The translations under genes and the position numbers were made by a program. A stretch of 64,000 nt of DNA from the NCBI GenBank assembly GCA_030726915.1, contig JANRCR010000039.1:508-64507 (forward strand), given 5' to 3'. Shown in pieces: positions 21,173-31,206 of this stretch; position 1 is the stretch's first letter, and the number at the start of each line of letters is the position of its first letter. The notes beneath the pieces were generated by a model that saw nothing but the letters and a program-made list of their open reading frames with translations, did not search any database and was not told the origin of the DNA. Origin of the DNA: Candidatus Nanopelagicales bacterium. GTDB taxonomy: Bacteria > Actinomycetota > Actinomycetes > S36-B12.

Positions 21173-21835
21173 TTACAGCGCCGGGAGCGCGAGGCCCGTG
21201 TTGGCGTGACAGCGGTAACCATTGGGCACCTTGTAGAGGTACTGCTGGTGGTATCCCTCGGCGAAGTAGAACGGCCATTCGGCAGCGGGTGCGACCTGGG
21301 TCGTGATGGCGTCGTAGCCCCGCTGCGCGATGACGGAGGCATAGGCCGCCGCGGTGCGCTCAATAAGATCGCGCTGAGAGTCGTCAGTCCAGTAGGCGGT
21401 GCTGCGGTACTGCGTGCCCTGATCGTTGCCCTGCCGATATCCCTGCGTCGGATCGTGGTTCTCCCAGAAATGGCGCAGTACGTCGTACGTCGAGATCTCC
21501 GCCTCGCGATATGCGACGAGCACGGCCTCGGTATGTCCGGTCTTGCCCGAGCAGACTTCCTCGTACGTCGGATGGGAGGTGTAGCCCCCCTGGTAGCCGA
21601 CCGCGGTCGTGTAAACACCGGGCAGGCGCCAATAGATTTCCTCGGCTCCCCAGAAGCAGCCCATGCCGAGATAGAGCAGGCTGATCCCGTCCGGCCAGGG
21701 CTCGACCGCCAGACTGCGCAGCGGTGTGCCGAGCACGGCGTGGTCTGCGGGAATCTCGAAGGGGTAGTCGGCACGCCCCGGCAGAGCGCTGTCGGCAGTA
21801 ACCATCGTGGACTTGGAGGGGAAGAGAAAGGACAT
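21173..21835 (-). CDS. msrA: Peptide-methionine (S)-S-oxide reductase
   Basis: Catalytic GMGCFWGAE motif and YHQQYL near the C-terminus. Confidence 0.92.
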   Translation of the reverse strand: MSFLFPSKSTMVTADSALPGRADYPFEIPADHAVLGTPLRSLAVEPWPDGISLLYLGMGCFWGAEEIYWRLPGVYTTAVGYQGGYTSHPTYEEVCSGKTGHTEAVLVAYREAEISTYDVLRHFWENHDPTQGYRQGNDQGTQYRSTAYWTDDSQRDLIERTAAAYASVIAQRGYDAITTQVAPAAEWPFYFAEGYHQQYLYKVPNGYRCHANTGLALPAL

Positions 21836-21905
21836 GGGGTGATTATGCCCCTGGAAGGTGAGGTACGCCTTCCGTCTGTCTGAGGTCGACGCCTAGGCTC
21901 GTCCC

Positions 21906-23060
21906 ATGACGGACTGGAGTAGTGCCGGCTTCGAGACCCGTGCGATCCATGCGGGACAGGAGCCTGATCCCCGCACGGGAGCGGTGGTGCCGCCCGTCTA
22001 CCAGGTGTCGACGTACGCGCAGGACGGCGTTGGGGGCCTGCGCGAGGGCTATGAGTACTCCCGCAGTGGCAATCCGACGCGTCATGCGCTCGAGGAGTGC
22101 CTTGCGTCCTTGGAGCACGGTGCCCGCGGCCTCGCCTTTGCCTCGGGGCTAGCGGCCGAGGACACCCTTCTACGTGCGGTGACGAAGCCCGGTGACCACG
22201 CCATCATCGGCAACGACGCATACGGCGGCACCTATCGTCTCTTTGCTCGCGTCGCCGCCCCGTGGGGACTGGAGCACACGCCGGTTGACCTCACGGATCT
22301 CGACGCCGTACGCGCAGCAGTCCGACCGGGCGTCACGCGCATCGTCTGGGCGGAGACTCCCACCAATCCGCTGCTGACGGTCGTCGACATTGCCGCACTC
22401 GCTGAGATTGCCCACGAGTCAGGTGCCATCCTCGTGGTGGACAACACATTTGCTTCGCCCTATCTGCAGCAACCCCTCCTGCTCGGCGCCGATGTCGTCG
22501 TGCACTCCACGACGAAATACCTCGGTGGCCACAGCGACGTCATCGGAGGCGGGCTGGTCGTGTCTGATGGTGAGCTCGGTGAGCAGTTGGCCTACCACCA
22601 GAATGCGATGGGCTCCGTGCCGGGACCGTGGGACTCCTGGCTCGTGCTGCGCGGGATCAAGACGCTGGGGGTGCGCATGGATCGGCACTGCGCCAACGCC
22701 CGGGACATCGTCGATGTCCTCACGCGTCACTCACGCGTCGTCGAGGTGCTCTACCCGGGCCTACCCGGGCACCGCGGCTATGACGTGGCGCAGCGCCAGA
22801 TGCGCAACTTCGGCGGGATGGTGTCCTTCCGGGTTGCGGGTGGAGTCGATGCCGCGGTCGATCTCTGCGGGCGCACGCGCGTCTTCACCCTGGGTGAGTC
22901 ACTCGGCGGAGTCGAGTCGCTCATCGAGCACCCTGGTCGCATGACCCACGCGTCTGCCGCTGGCAGTCCGCTGGAGGTGCCTGACGATCTCGTGAGACTG
23001 TCCGTCGGCATTGAGTCATCGGCCGACCTGGTTGCCGATCTTGAGGAGGCGCTGGAATGA
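21906..23060 (+). CDS. metB: Cystathionine gamma-synthase/gamma-lyase family PLP enzyme
   Basis: YSRSGNPTR and the PLP-lysine motif STTKYLGGHSD. It lies close to cbs, as in mycobacteria. Confidence 0.85.
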   Translation: MTDWSSAGFETRAIHAGQEPDPRTGAVVPPVYQVSTYAQDGVGGLREGYEYSRSGNPTRHALEECLASLEHGARGLAFASGLAAEDTLLRAVTKPGDHAIIGNDAYGGTYRLFARVAAPWGLEHTPVDLTDLDAVRAAVRPGVTRIVWAETPTNPLLTVVDIAALAEIAHESGAILVVDNTFASPYLQQPLLLGADVVVHSTTKYLGGHSDVIGGGLVVSDGELGEQLAYHQNAMGSVPGPWDSWLVLRGIKTLGVRMDRHCANARDIVDVLTRHSRVVEVLYPGLPGHRGYDVAQRQMRNFGGMVSFRVAGGVDAAVDLCGRTRVFTLGESLGGVESLIEHPGRMTHASAAGSPLEVPDDLVRLSVGIESSADLVADLEEALE

Positions 23061-24451
23061 CCTCGGACACGACGACGGCACCCACGGCGTCCGGTATCGC
23101 TGCAGACGTCCGTGCGGGCAGGAGCACGGCCGTAGACGCCGTCACCGAGGCACTGTTGCGGATCCGCGCCCGTGATGACGACGTGGCAGCCTTTCAGGTG
23201 GTGCGCACCGATCGGGCTCTGGTGGAAGCGGCTGCTGTCGATGCGCGCAGTGACCTCGACGCTTTGCCTCTCGCCGGCGTACCCATCGCTATCAAGGACA
23301 ATGTGCCCGTCGAAGGCGAGCCCATGCGAGTCGGATCGACGGCCACCTCCGATGCACCGCAGGCCACCGACCACCCCATCGTGGCCCGCATCCGAGCCGC
23401 CGGAGGTGTCGTCGTGGGGTTGACGCGCGTGCCTGAACTCTGTGTCTTTGGCGCTACCGACTCGGCCTTTGGTATCACCCGCAACCCCTGGGATCTTGCG
23501 CGCACGCCGGGTGGTTCAAGTGGTGGATCGGCCGCAGCGGTGGCTGCCGGCATGGTGCCGATTGCCCATGGCAACGATGGCATGGGCAGTGTGCGCATCC
23601 CCGCGGCGTGCACGGGCCTGGTCGGCATCAAGCCCGGTCTCGGCACCGTGCCCGCTGAGCTGGGCTTCGCTGGGTCGGGGGCGGCTGCCGACTGGTACGG
23701 CATGAGCGAGAACGGCGCCCTGGCGACGACCGCAGCGGACGCGGCACTCCTGCTCTCGGTCATGGCGGATGACCCGAGCTTGGCCGAGATCGCACCTATC
23801 GAGGAGCGACTCCGCGTGGCCGTCTCCTTCCGACCCCCTGTCCTCGGCATCCCCCTTGATCCGGCCTGGGCGGCTGCGGCCGACATGCTCGCCAGCATGC
23901 TGCGGCGGGCTGACCATGAGGTGCGCCAGGCTGATCCGATGCCGTTGACCGACCCCGCAGGCAATGCGGCTGCCATAGCCGGACTCGTGCGCTGGTTTGC
24001 GGGCACCGCGGCTGACGCCGACACCCTCGACAGTGACCTCCTCGAGCCGCGCGTACGCCGTCATGCCCGCATCGGTCGACTTGTGCGCCGCACCCCCCTG
24101 ATGAGCGAGCGTTTCCGGCAGACCTGGATTGATCGAGCAGATGCCTTCCTCCGCGAATTCGACATCCTCGTCACCCCAGCGTTGGCGCAGCCGCCCATCG
24201 ATGCCCGCAGGTGGTTCAGTGGCGGATGGGCATCCACGATGCTGGCCAACGCCCGGTACGCACCCTTTGCAGCGCCGTGGAACGTCGCGGGAATGCCGGC
24301 CATCGTCATCCCTATGGGCATCCATCCGCAGGCGGGCACACCCGTTGCCGCGCAGGTCGTTGCACGCCGTGGACGGGAGGCGCTGCTGCTGTCCGTGGCC
24401 GCTTTCGTGGAGCGCGAGCGGCCCTGGCTGCGCACGGCCCCCGGCTTCTAG
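23057..24451 (+). CDS. Amidase (amidase-signature family)
   Basis: AS signature GGSSGGSAAAVAAG and PLAGVPIAIKDN. The ATG overlaps the metB stop (ATGA). Confidence 0.85.
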   Translation: MTSDTTTAPTASGIAADVRAGRSTAVDAVTEALLRIRARDDDVAAFQVVRTDRALVEAAAVDARSDLDALPLAGVPIAIKDNVPVEGEPMRVGSTATSDAPQATDHPIVARIRAAGGVVVGLTRVPELCVFGATDSAFGITRNPWDLARTPGGSSGGSAAAVAAGMVPIAHGNDGMGSVRIPAACTGLVGIKPGLGTVPAELGFAGSGAAADWYGMSENGALATTAADAALLLSVMADDPSLAEIAPIEERLRVAVSFRPPVLGIPLDPAWAAAADMLASMLRRADHEVRQADPMPLTDPAGNAAAIAGLVRWFAGTAADADTLDSDLLEPRVRRHARIGRLVRRTPLMSERFRQTWIDRADAFLREFDILVTPALAQPPIDARRWFSGGWASTMLANARYAPFAAPWNVAGMPAIVIPMGIHPQAGTPVAAQVVARRGREALLLSVAAFVERERPWLRTAPGF

Positions 24452-24507
24452 GGCCCGAGTCCCATCCACCGGCTTGGCGAAGCGGGAACGCGAGACGTCG
24501 TGCCCGG

Positions 24508-25812
24508 CTAGGCCGGAGTGTCTGCTGGGCGTGACCGAAGGGTCTCCGGCATCGCGATCACGAAGATGAGTGCCAGGACGGAGATGGCAGCGCCGAAGGC
24601 AAAGGCCCATTCGAAGCCGAAGAGGTCCAAGAGCAGTCCGCCCAGCAGGGGACCGATTACGGCACCGAAGTCCGACACCATCTGGAACGTCGCCACGACA
24701 CTCCCGCCCTGCCGTCCACCCATGATGTCGCCGACAACGGCTGATGGAGCCGAGCCCAGGAACGCGGTGCCGACGGCCATGACCGCCATGCTGGCAAAGA
24801 AGATCACGAGGGCGATGGACAGTGATCCGGTCGCGAGGTCATCCACCACCAGGAGCAGCATGCCGCCGATTGTCGCGATGGAGCCGATGAGCATGGCCGG
24901 GCGACGTCCCCGCAGGTCGGTCATCCGCCCGGCGGGGACGAGGAAGATGGCCTGGACGACGGCGGCGACGAGGAACGCCCAGCCCGACAGGCTCGGGCCC
25001 TGCTCGAGACCCTGGACAACGAAGAGCGGGATGAGCGCCGCCCGCAGCCCGAAGACCGTCAAGCCGGTGACGAAGTTGACCGCGAGCGCCGCCCGATAGC
25101 CGCCGTTGCCGAGGGCATGGCGAAGTTCGGCCCAGCCTCCGGGGCGGGGATCAGCGGCCGCGTGCTCGGTGGGATCACCAGGGGGCGTGGGCTCACCGCC
25201 GGACTCAGCGGCAACCACTGCCGCCTCGCGGGCTGCGAGGCGCGCCGGTGAGAGGAACACCAGGGCGATGGCGGTGGCGATGGCCAAGGTCCCGGCATAG
25301 AAGAAGAAGGGGGCGCGGATGGAGACCACCAGGAGGATTCCGCCGATCGCGGGTCCGGCCACCCCGCCGATGAGGAAGCCTCCTTGCCACGCGGCAGAGG
25401 CGCGGCCACGTTGATCGGCATCCACGACCCTGAGGAGCAGTGCCATAGCCGACACGGTGAACAGGGCTGACCCGATACCGCCGATGCCGCGCAGGACGAT
25501 CAACTGCACGTAGGTCTGGGCAAGCCCCGCGAGGAAACTCGAGACGGCAACGATGCCCAGGCCGGTGGCCAAAACGCGCCGCTCGCCGAAACGGTTGGTC
25601 CAACTGCCCGCCAGGGGGGATGAGACGAAGCGCATGAGCGCAAAGGCGGAGATGACTGCTGATGCTGCGAGCGCGGTGACGCCGAAGGAGTTCGCGAAGA
25701 TCGGGATCGAGGGGATGACGATGCCGAAGCCGAGGGCGACGAAGAAGGCGATGGAGGCCAGGATGCTTACCTCGACGGGCAGGTCACGCAGCAGCGGGAC
25801 CCATCGACGCAC
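24508..25812 (-). CDS. MFS transporter
   Basis: 434 aa with about 12 hydrophobic helices split by a central loop. The loop motif GxxxDRxGRR is present in variant form (RMTDLRGRRP). Confidence 0.85.
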   Translation of the reverse strand: MRRWVPLLRDLPVEVSILASIAFFVALGFGIVIPSIPIFANSFGVTALAASAVISAFALMRFVSSPLAGSWTNRFGERRVLATGLGIVAVSSFLAGLAQTYVQLIVLRGIGGIGSALFTVSAMALLLRVVDADQRGRASAAWQGGFLIGGVAGPAIGGILLVVSIRAPFFFYAGTLAIATAIALVFLSPARLAAREAAVVAAESGGEPTPPGDPTEHAAADPRPGGWAELRHALGNGGYRAALAVNFVTGLTVFGLRAALIPLFVVQGLEQGPSLSGWAFLVAAVVQAIFLVPAGRMTDLRGRRPAMLIGSIATIGGMLLLVVDDLATGSLSIALVIFFASMAVMAVGTAFLGSAPSAVVGDIMGGRQGGSVVATFQMVSDFGAVIGPLLGGLLLDLFGFEWAFAFGAAISVLALIFVIAMPETLRSRPADTPA

Positions 25813-25856
25813 GATGGTTGAGCCTACGCTCGTGACGGTCCCCTGCCGACATGCCC

Positions 25857-27812
25857 CTAGGCGGAGCGACGCCCGCCACGTCGGGAACGCACGTAGTCCG
25901 TCACGACGTAATCCCCGAGTCGCGCCCCGTCGGCGGCAAAGACCCGCCCACCATTGCGTCGCGCCATGGCATCCAGGAAGCGCTCCAGGCGCGGCTCATC
26001 ACCCAGACGAAACCACGAGATCGGGACGCCGCGCCGGGTGAGCCGGTCGACCTCGGCCACCGTGAGCGAGATGGTCTCGCTATCGGGCGGCCACATGAAC
26101 CACCAGTCGCCGTCGGAGAGCAGGTGGGCTGTGGGCTCACCATCGGTCACCACCATGCAGACCGGCTCGGCGTCACGGTGCCGGTCGAGGAAGCGACCGG
26201 CGAGCAGAAGTGCGTGGTGGAGATTCGTCCCTTGAATATCGCTCGCGGCGAGGTCGGGAAGCTCCTCGGCATTGACCGTGCGCGCCAGGTTGGAAAAGGT
26301 GATGACCTGCAGGGCATCGAGGGGGAACGCCGACGCGGCCAGTGCCTGCAGCGCCATCGCGGTCGTCTTCGCGGCCCGCCACGTGTCATTCATCACCATC
26401 GAGAAGGACTGGTCGACGAGCAGCGCGACCGCTGCTCGGGTGCGGGTCTCGGTCTCACGAATCTCGAAGTCCTCGGGAGCCAGGCGCGGCCGTCCGGAAC
26501 CGCCGTCAACGAGGTGCCGGCGCGTGGCGTTGCCGATCGTGCGGACGACGTCCAGGGGCTGTTCATCGCCGAATGTCCACGGACGCGTCTGCCCGGTGAA
26601 TTCACCCGCGGCCCCGGTGGAGCGGACATCGTGATCACCGCGCATGCCCGCATCGAGGTTGGCGAAGACGCGGCGCAGGGCGGTGCGACCGATGCGCCGG
26701 ATGGCTTTGGGGCTGAGGTCGAGTCGGTCGGTCAGATAGCCCTGCTCGCGAAGTTGACGCTCCATGTCGCGCAGGCGCGAGACATCATCGACCGCTTGGC
26801 GACCGAGAGCGCGGTCGATGGCCTCCAGGTCGATGTCTTCGAGCGCGGCACCGGCGTAGTCCTGACTCAGTTGTGCATCCAACGCTTCAAGGTCGGCGAG
26901 CTCAGCGAGAGCTTCGGTCGCGTCGGGCAGCCCCATGCCCGGCTCGCCGCGCATCCGCTGGCGGCCCTGCCAGGGCAGATCGGGGCGGAGTGCTCGCAGG
27001 TTGTCCTGGAGGTGGGCCATCTCGGCCGCGAGGTCCATGTCCTGCCACGCCTGGGCCATGAGTCCCTGCAACTCCTCGCGCTGCTCCGGCGTGAGTGAGT
27101 CCAGCATGCGGGCCATCGCCGCGGCGCGGCGCGCCAACTCGTCGAGGAGTTGCTCAAAGGATTCGGGTCGCTCCGGGAAGAGATCCCCGTGCGACTCCAT
27201 GAAGTGCTCGAAATCCTCGGATACGTCCTCACCGCGCCGATGCTTGTCCATCATGGCGTTGAGATCAGCGAGCATGTCCTTGAGTGCCTGCTGGCTCTCC
27301 GGGGATCCCGGGGTGCTCATCGATCGCGTCAGGTCCTTGAACTGCTGATCGAGTACGTCACGCTGCAGCATGTCGCGGATCTCGTCGTACGCCGCTCGCG
27401 CCTCCGGAGAACGCCAGTCGTAATCGGCGAGTTCACGCACCGCGCGCGCCGTGTCATCGGGGAGCATGTCGAGCATGGATTCGCGGAAGCGCGCATCATC
27501 GGATGGATCGGGGAAGAGTGCTGTGCGCTCTGCTTCGAGGGCTTCGTCGAGTTTGTCCCGCACCTTCTCAAGAAGCCCATCGAGGCGCCCGGACTCCTGC
27601 AATTCACGTCGGCGCTGCTGCAGTCGCCGGCGCAGGTTATCGAGCCCGCGAGTGCCATCGGCACCTCGGCGCAGGAGATCACGCAGGGCATCGCGCACCG
27701 ATGACCCGTCGAGGATTCGATCGGCGAGGGCGTCCACCGCGGCGCCCGCGTCGACGGGCTCCGCAAGCGGGTCGGGGCCCCCGTGGAAGGCGCCGTAGCG
27801 GAAGCGGGCCAT
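25857..27812 (-). CDS. VWA domain-containing protein (partner of the upstream ChlI-like ATPase)
   Basis: Long acidic helical N-terminal region and a C-terminal von Willebrand A domain with a MIDAS DxSxS motif (LVDQSFSM). The start at 27812 lies 2 nt after the ATPase stop. Confidence 0.8.
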   Translation of the reverse strand: MARFRYGAFHGGPDPLAEPVDAGAAVDALADRILDGSSVRDALRDLLRRGADGTRGLDNLRRRLQQRRRELQESGRLDGLLEKVRDKLDEALEAERTALFPDPSDDARFRESMLDMLPDDTARAVRELADYDWRSPEARAAYDEIRDMLQRDVLDQQFKDLTRSMSTPGSPESQQALKDMLADLNAMMDKHRRGEDVSEDFEHFMESHGDLFPERPESFEQLLDELARRAAAMARMLDSLTPEQREELQGLMAQAWQDMDLAAEMAHLQDNLRALRPDLPWQGRQRMRGEPGMGLPDATEALAELADLEALDAQLSQDYAGAALEDIDLEAIDRALGRQAVDDVSRLRDMERQLREQGYLTDRLDLSPKAIRRIGRTALRRVFANLDAGMRGDHDVRSTGAAGEFTGQTRPWTFGDEQPLDVVRTIGNATRRHLVDGGSGRPRLAPEDFEIRETETRTRAAVALLVDQSFSMVMNDTWRAAKTTAMALQALAASAFPLDALQVITFSNLARTVNAEELPDLAASDIQGTNLHHALLLAGRFLDRHRDAEPVCMVVTDGEPTAHLLSDGDWWFMWPPDSETISLTVAEVDRLTRRGVPISWFRLGDEPRLERFLDAMARRNGGRVFAADGARLGDYVVTDYVRSRRGGRRSA

Positions 27813-27814
27813 GA

Positions 27815-29266
27815 CTAGTCTGCGTCCGAGGTGAGGTCTCTGGCTGAACTGAAAAGTGTGCGTCCATCCGTCTCGTCCTTGTCGATTCGGCGGGTGAGCC
27901 ACAGGCCCTCCAGGGCCAACTCGACGCAGGCGGCGACGATGCCGGGCGTGGGTTCGGCGTCGGGACCCTCGACCGCAGCCACCAGTCGCCCGAGACCCTC
28001 GACGCCGGCACCTTCGCCACCACCGATGGCCGACAGCAGGGATGCCGCCGGGATGAGATCGCCAGATTCGATCGTGGCCCCCTCGTCGATCACATCGACC
28101 AGGGCACTCAGGTCAACGCCACCGAGGTGGCGGCGAAAAGTTTCGGCCACCGCCTTGCGTGCCAGATGCGCCAGCACCTCCTCCTCGCGGCCTTCGTCAC
28201 TGACCTCGAACTCGACCTTGCCGCGCAAGGTCGGCACGACACCGACGAGGTCACATACGCGCGCCACCGGTGCATCACCGGTCATGGCGGCTCGGCGAAG
28301 CGCCGCACCGGATAGTGCCTCCGCTCCCGCGATCGCGAAGCGCGCGGACACGCCGCTGCGATGATCGACGGCGCCGGACTCGCGGACAAGTCTCGTGAAG
28401 CGAGCCATCACCTCGAGCAGGTGCATCGGCACGACGGCGATGAGGTCGGCCTCCTGGGCGATGAGGTCGATCTCATGCTGTACGTCGTACGGGTAGTGAG
28501 TGGTGATCTCCGCACCGAAGCGGTCCTTCATCGGCGTGATGATGCGCCCGCGGTTGGTGTAGTCCTCGGGATTGGCGCTCGCCACCACGAGCAGATCAAG
28601 GGGCAGGCGCAGGGTGTATCCCCGCACCTGGATATCGCGTTCCTCAAGAACGTTGAGCAGGGCCACCTGGATGCGCTCGGCGAGGTCGGGGAGCTCATTG
28701 ATCGCAAAGATGCCGCGGTTGGTGCGCGGGACCAGGCCGAAGTGGATGGTCTCCGGATCACCCAGGGTGCGCCCCTCGGCGACCTTGACCGGATCAACGT
28801 CGCCGATGAGATCGCCGACGGATGTGTCCGGTGTCGCAAGCTTCTCGCCGTAGCGCTCGCTGCGATGACGCCAGGTGACGGGAGCGTCATCACCCAATTC
28901 GACAACGATGCGTCGGCCGTAGGCACTTACCGGGGCCATCGGGTCGTCGTTCACCTCGGACCCCTCCACGATCGGAGTCCACTCGTCCAGGAGTCCCGCG
29001 AGAGTCCTGATGAGTCGTGTCTTGCCCTGCCCGCGCTCACCGAGCAGCACGAAGTCGTGACCGGCGAGGAGTGCCCGCTCCACCTGGGGCAGCACGGTGT
29101 CATCGAAGCCGACGATGCCCGGGAACGTGGGATCACCCGACTGGAGTCTGGCGATGAGGTTGGCGCGCATCTCCTGCTTGACGGTGCGTGCTTCGTAGCC
29201 GCTCATGCGCAGCGCGCCGAGGGTGCGGGGCAGATGATCGGGGACGGGGGGAGCCAGGCTGCTCAT
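27815..29266 (-). CDS. AAA+ ATPase, Mg-chelatase ChlI/BchI-like
   Basis: Walker A LLGERGQGKT, Walker B-like GIFAINELPD, VVASANPEDY, and a C-terminal helical domain. ATG 29266 was chosen, with an alternative at 29296. The upstream part of the 723-aa ORF is antisense to the FIST gene. Confidence 0.8.
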   Translation of the reverse strand: MSSLAPPVPDHLPRTLGALRMSGYEARTVKQEMRANLIARLQSGDPTFPGIVGFDDTVLPQVERALLAGHDFVLLGERGQGKTRLIRTLAGLLDEWTPIVEGSEVNDDPMAPVSAYGRRIVVELGDDAPVTWRHRSERYGEKLATPDTSVGDLIGDVDPVKVAEGRTLGDPETIHFGLVPRTNRGIFAINELPDLAERIQVALLNVLEERDIQVRGYTLRLPLDLLVVASANPEDYTNRGRIITPMKDRFGAEITTHYPYDVQHEIDLIAQEADLIAVVPMHLLEVMARFTRLVRESGAVDHRSGVSARFAIAGAEALSGAALRRAAMTGDAPVARVCDLVGVVPTLRGKVEFEVSDEGREEEVLAHLARKAVAETFRRHLGGVDLSALVDVIDEGATIESGDLIPAASLLSAIGGGEGAGVEGLGRLVAAVEGPDAEPTPGIVAACVELALEGLWLTRRIDKDETDGRTLFSSARDLTSDAD

Positions 29267-29285
29267 GTTCTGACCGTACGTCAGG

Positions 29286-30632
29286 ATGGTCCACATGGCG
29301 TCCCGAGCCGAGCAGCCGCCCCCCGCTGACGCCCGTTGTGCTACCTCCCTCGGCCGCGGCCTGGACGCCGCTGTGCCTGACGCGGTCGCTGAGGCGATGG
29401 CCCTCCTCGGGGCTCCGGCGACCATGGCGATCATCGAGGTCAGCGCCCCCGGCGATCCCCTCGCCGCAGGCCGCGCCCTCGCCCATGCGTCAGCGCTCAT
29501 CACCGAGATCTCGCCCGAGTGCGTGGTGGTGGGCTCTAACGCCCACGGTGTGATTGGCGGGGATACATCCGTGGAGGTCCAGCCCGCGATCTCGGTGTGG
29601 GTCGCCCACCTGCCCGGATCCCATCCGCGGGGATTCCGGTTGGCCACCGTCCCGGCCCCGCACGGTGGTCTCGCCCTGACCGGTCTGCCGGACCTGGAAG
29701 AGCGCGACCGGCTTGCCTTCCTGCTCGCTGATCCGTGGACACTTCCCGCCGATGACGTCGTCGCAGCCTTTGCCCGTGTCGACGGACCCCTCCCGGTCGC
29801 CGGCGGTCTGGTGTCCGGTGGAGGGCGTCGCGGGGACTCCCGACTCCTTCTCGACGGTGCAGTCTTTGACAACGGGGGAGTGGGCATGGTGCTTGATCGA
29901 GCAGCGCCGATCCGCCTGATCGTGAGCCAGGGATGTCGCCCCATCGGCCAGCCGATGACGGTGACGGATGCCGATGGCACGTCCATTCACACCCTTGCGG
30001 GGCGCCCTGCTCTGGAGATGGTGCGTGATGTCGTGGAGTCACTCGACGCGGGAGATCAGGCTCTCGCGGTCCGTGGCTTGCATGTCGGTATAGCCCGCGA
30101 CGCTGGTGTGGATGGCGTATCGGCCTCGGACTACGTCATCCGTGGGATCGTGGGTGCTGACCCGGCGACCGGCTCTGTCACGGTGGGCGATGATGTCGCT
30201 GTGGGCTCCGTTGTCCGCCTCCATGTGCGCGACGCGGACTCGGCGGAGGCTGATCTGCGCTCGGTGATTGGCCTCGTCGGTGACGATGTGCCGGCTGCGG
30301 GGGCCTACCTCGTGAGTTGCAACGGGCGCGGCAGTGCGATGTTTACGACGCCCGATCACGATGCCAGCATCGTGCGCCAGGGTTTGCAGACCGATGCCGT
30401 CGGTGGATTCTTCGCGGCCGGTGAAATCGGCCCGGTGGGTGGAGCCAATCATCTCCATGGCTTCACAGCCGTGATTGTGCTGGTCGATCGACGTCGACAC
30501 CGTGACGATGTCGATGCGCAGCGCGTGGAGGTGCCCCGCATCCACGGTGATGGTCCCGCCGGCGAGATCGATCCATCGCCGGGACTCGATGACCTGGACG
30601 AAGAAATCCGCCGGCTCCTCGACCCATCGTGA
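29286..30632 (+). CDS. FIST domain-containing protein (stand-alone FIST_N + FIST_C sensor-like)
   Basis: The layout and C-terminal pattern GFFAAGEIGPVGGANHLHGFTAV are typical of FIST_C. A charged tail of about 50 aa follows the domain. Confidence 0.75.
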   Translation: MVHMASRAEQPPPADARCATSLGRGLDAAVPDAVAEAMALLGAPATMAIIEVSAPGDPLAAGRALAHASALITEISPECVVVGSNAHGVIGGDTSVEVQPAISVWVAHLPGSHPRGFRLATVPAPHGGLALTGLPDLEERDRLAFLLADPWTLPADDVVAAFARVDGPLPVAGGLVSGGGRRGDSRLLLDGAVFDNGGVGMVLDRAAPIRLIVSQGCRPIGQPMTVTDADGTSIHTLAGRPALEMVRDVVESLDAGDQALAVRGLHVGIARDAGVDGVSASDYVIRGIVGADPATGSVTVGDDVAVGSVVRLHVRDADSAEADLRSVIGLVGDDVPAAGAYLVSCNGRGSAMFTTPDHDASIVRQGLQTDAVGGFFAAGEIGPVGGANHLHGFTAVIVLVDRRRHRDDVDAQRVEVPRIHGDGPAGEIDPSPGLDDLDEEIRRLLDPS

Positions 30633-30663
30633 CAGCGACTATCCACAGGTCAGCGTGCCTCGC

Positions 30664-31206
30664 ATGCCGAGACCACCCGAATCCGCCTACGGTGGGGCCG
30701 TGACGTCCCGGGACAGCCATCGCAGCGCGGTGTACGCCGCTGAGGAGCAGTGGGCACACCAGCTCGCGCGCGGTGGTGCCATCGACTTCTTCGGGTCGAG
30801 GCTGCAGATCCCCGTGGAACGACGCTTTGCCGACATCGCATCCGTCCAGCGCTACGTCGATGCTGTACTGGGCCTCATTGGCGTGGTCACCCAGTGGCCG
30901 GGGGTGTCTCCGGTGCGCGTGCGTGAGCGCTCCGGCTCGGGGCGGGCGCACTACTCCGCCGGGGTCATCGCCCTGCCCCTCACCGGCATCGGGGCCGAGC
31001 GGTGGGCTGCGCGCGAATCCGTGGTCCTGCACGAAATCACCCACCACCTTGTCGCGCATGCCCATCCGACGGCGGCAGCCCACGGACCCCACTTCTGCGC
31101 CGCGATGGTGCGCCTGGTCGAGATCTCCCTCGGTGTGGAAGCGGCGCTGCTGCTGAGGGCGGCCTTCGATGGATGCGGCGTGGGAGTCGCGGAGGGCGTC
31201 CGGTGA
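30664..31206 (+). CDS. HExxH metallohydrolase (SprT-like; resembles the small actinobacterial TIGR04338-type family)
   Basis: About 180 aa with SAVYAAEEQW, the zinc motif VVLHEITHHLV and a downstream HGPHFCAAM. An alternative GTG start lies at 30655. Confidence 0.7.
   Translation: MPRPPESAYGGAVTSRDSHRSAVYAAEEQWAHQLARGGAIDFFGSRLQIPVERRFADIASVQRYVDAVLGLIGVVTQWPGVSPVRVRERSGSGRAHYSAGVIALPLTGIGAERWAARESVVLHEITHHLVAHAHPTAAAHGPHFCAAMVRLVEISLGVEAALLLRAAFDGCGVGVAEGVR

Noticed and set aside
20104-21774. The 556-aa minus-strand ORF read as a single large protein.
   Set aside because: The first 204 aa are Arg/Ser/Thr/Pro-rich and overlap the well-supported msrA gene in another frame. The recognisable proline-racemase domain begins at MRFDRR (start 21162).
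25851-27098. Long plus-strand ORF (415 aa) antisense to the VWA gene. A similar 322-aa ORF at 28361-29329 is antisense to the ATPase gene.
   Set aside because: These are typical high-GC shadow ORFs. Their composition is Arg/Gly/Ala/Val-rich and low in complexity, and no motif is recognisable. The opposite strand encodes proteins with clear Walker and MIDAS motifs.
25857-29266. Annotating the ATPase/VWA pair as a genuine magnesium (bacterio)chlorophyll chelatase.
   Set aside because: No H-subunit or tetrapyrrole biosynthesis genes lie in the window, and the VWA protein lacks an N-terminal AAA+ module like that of ChlD. Only the motor architecture is shared.
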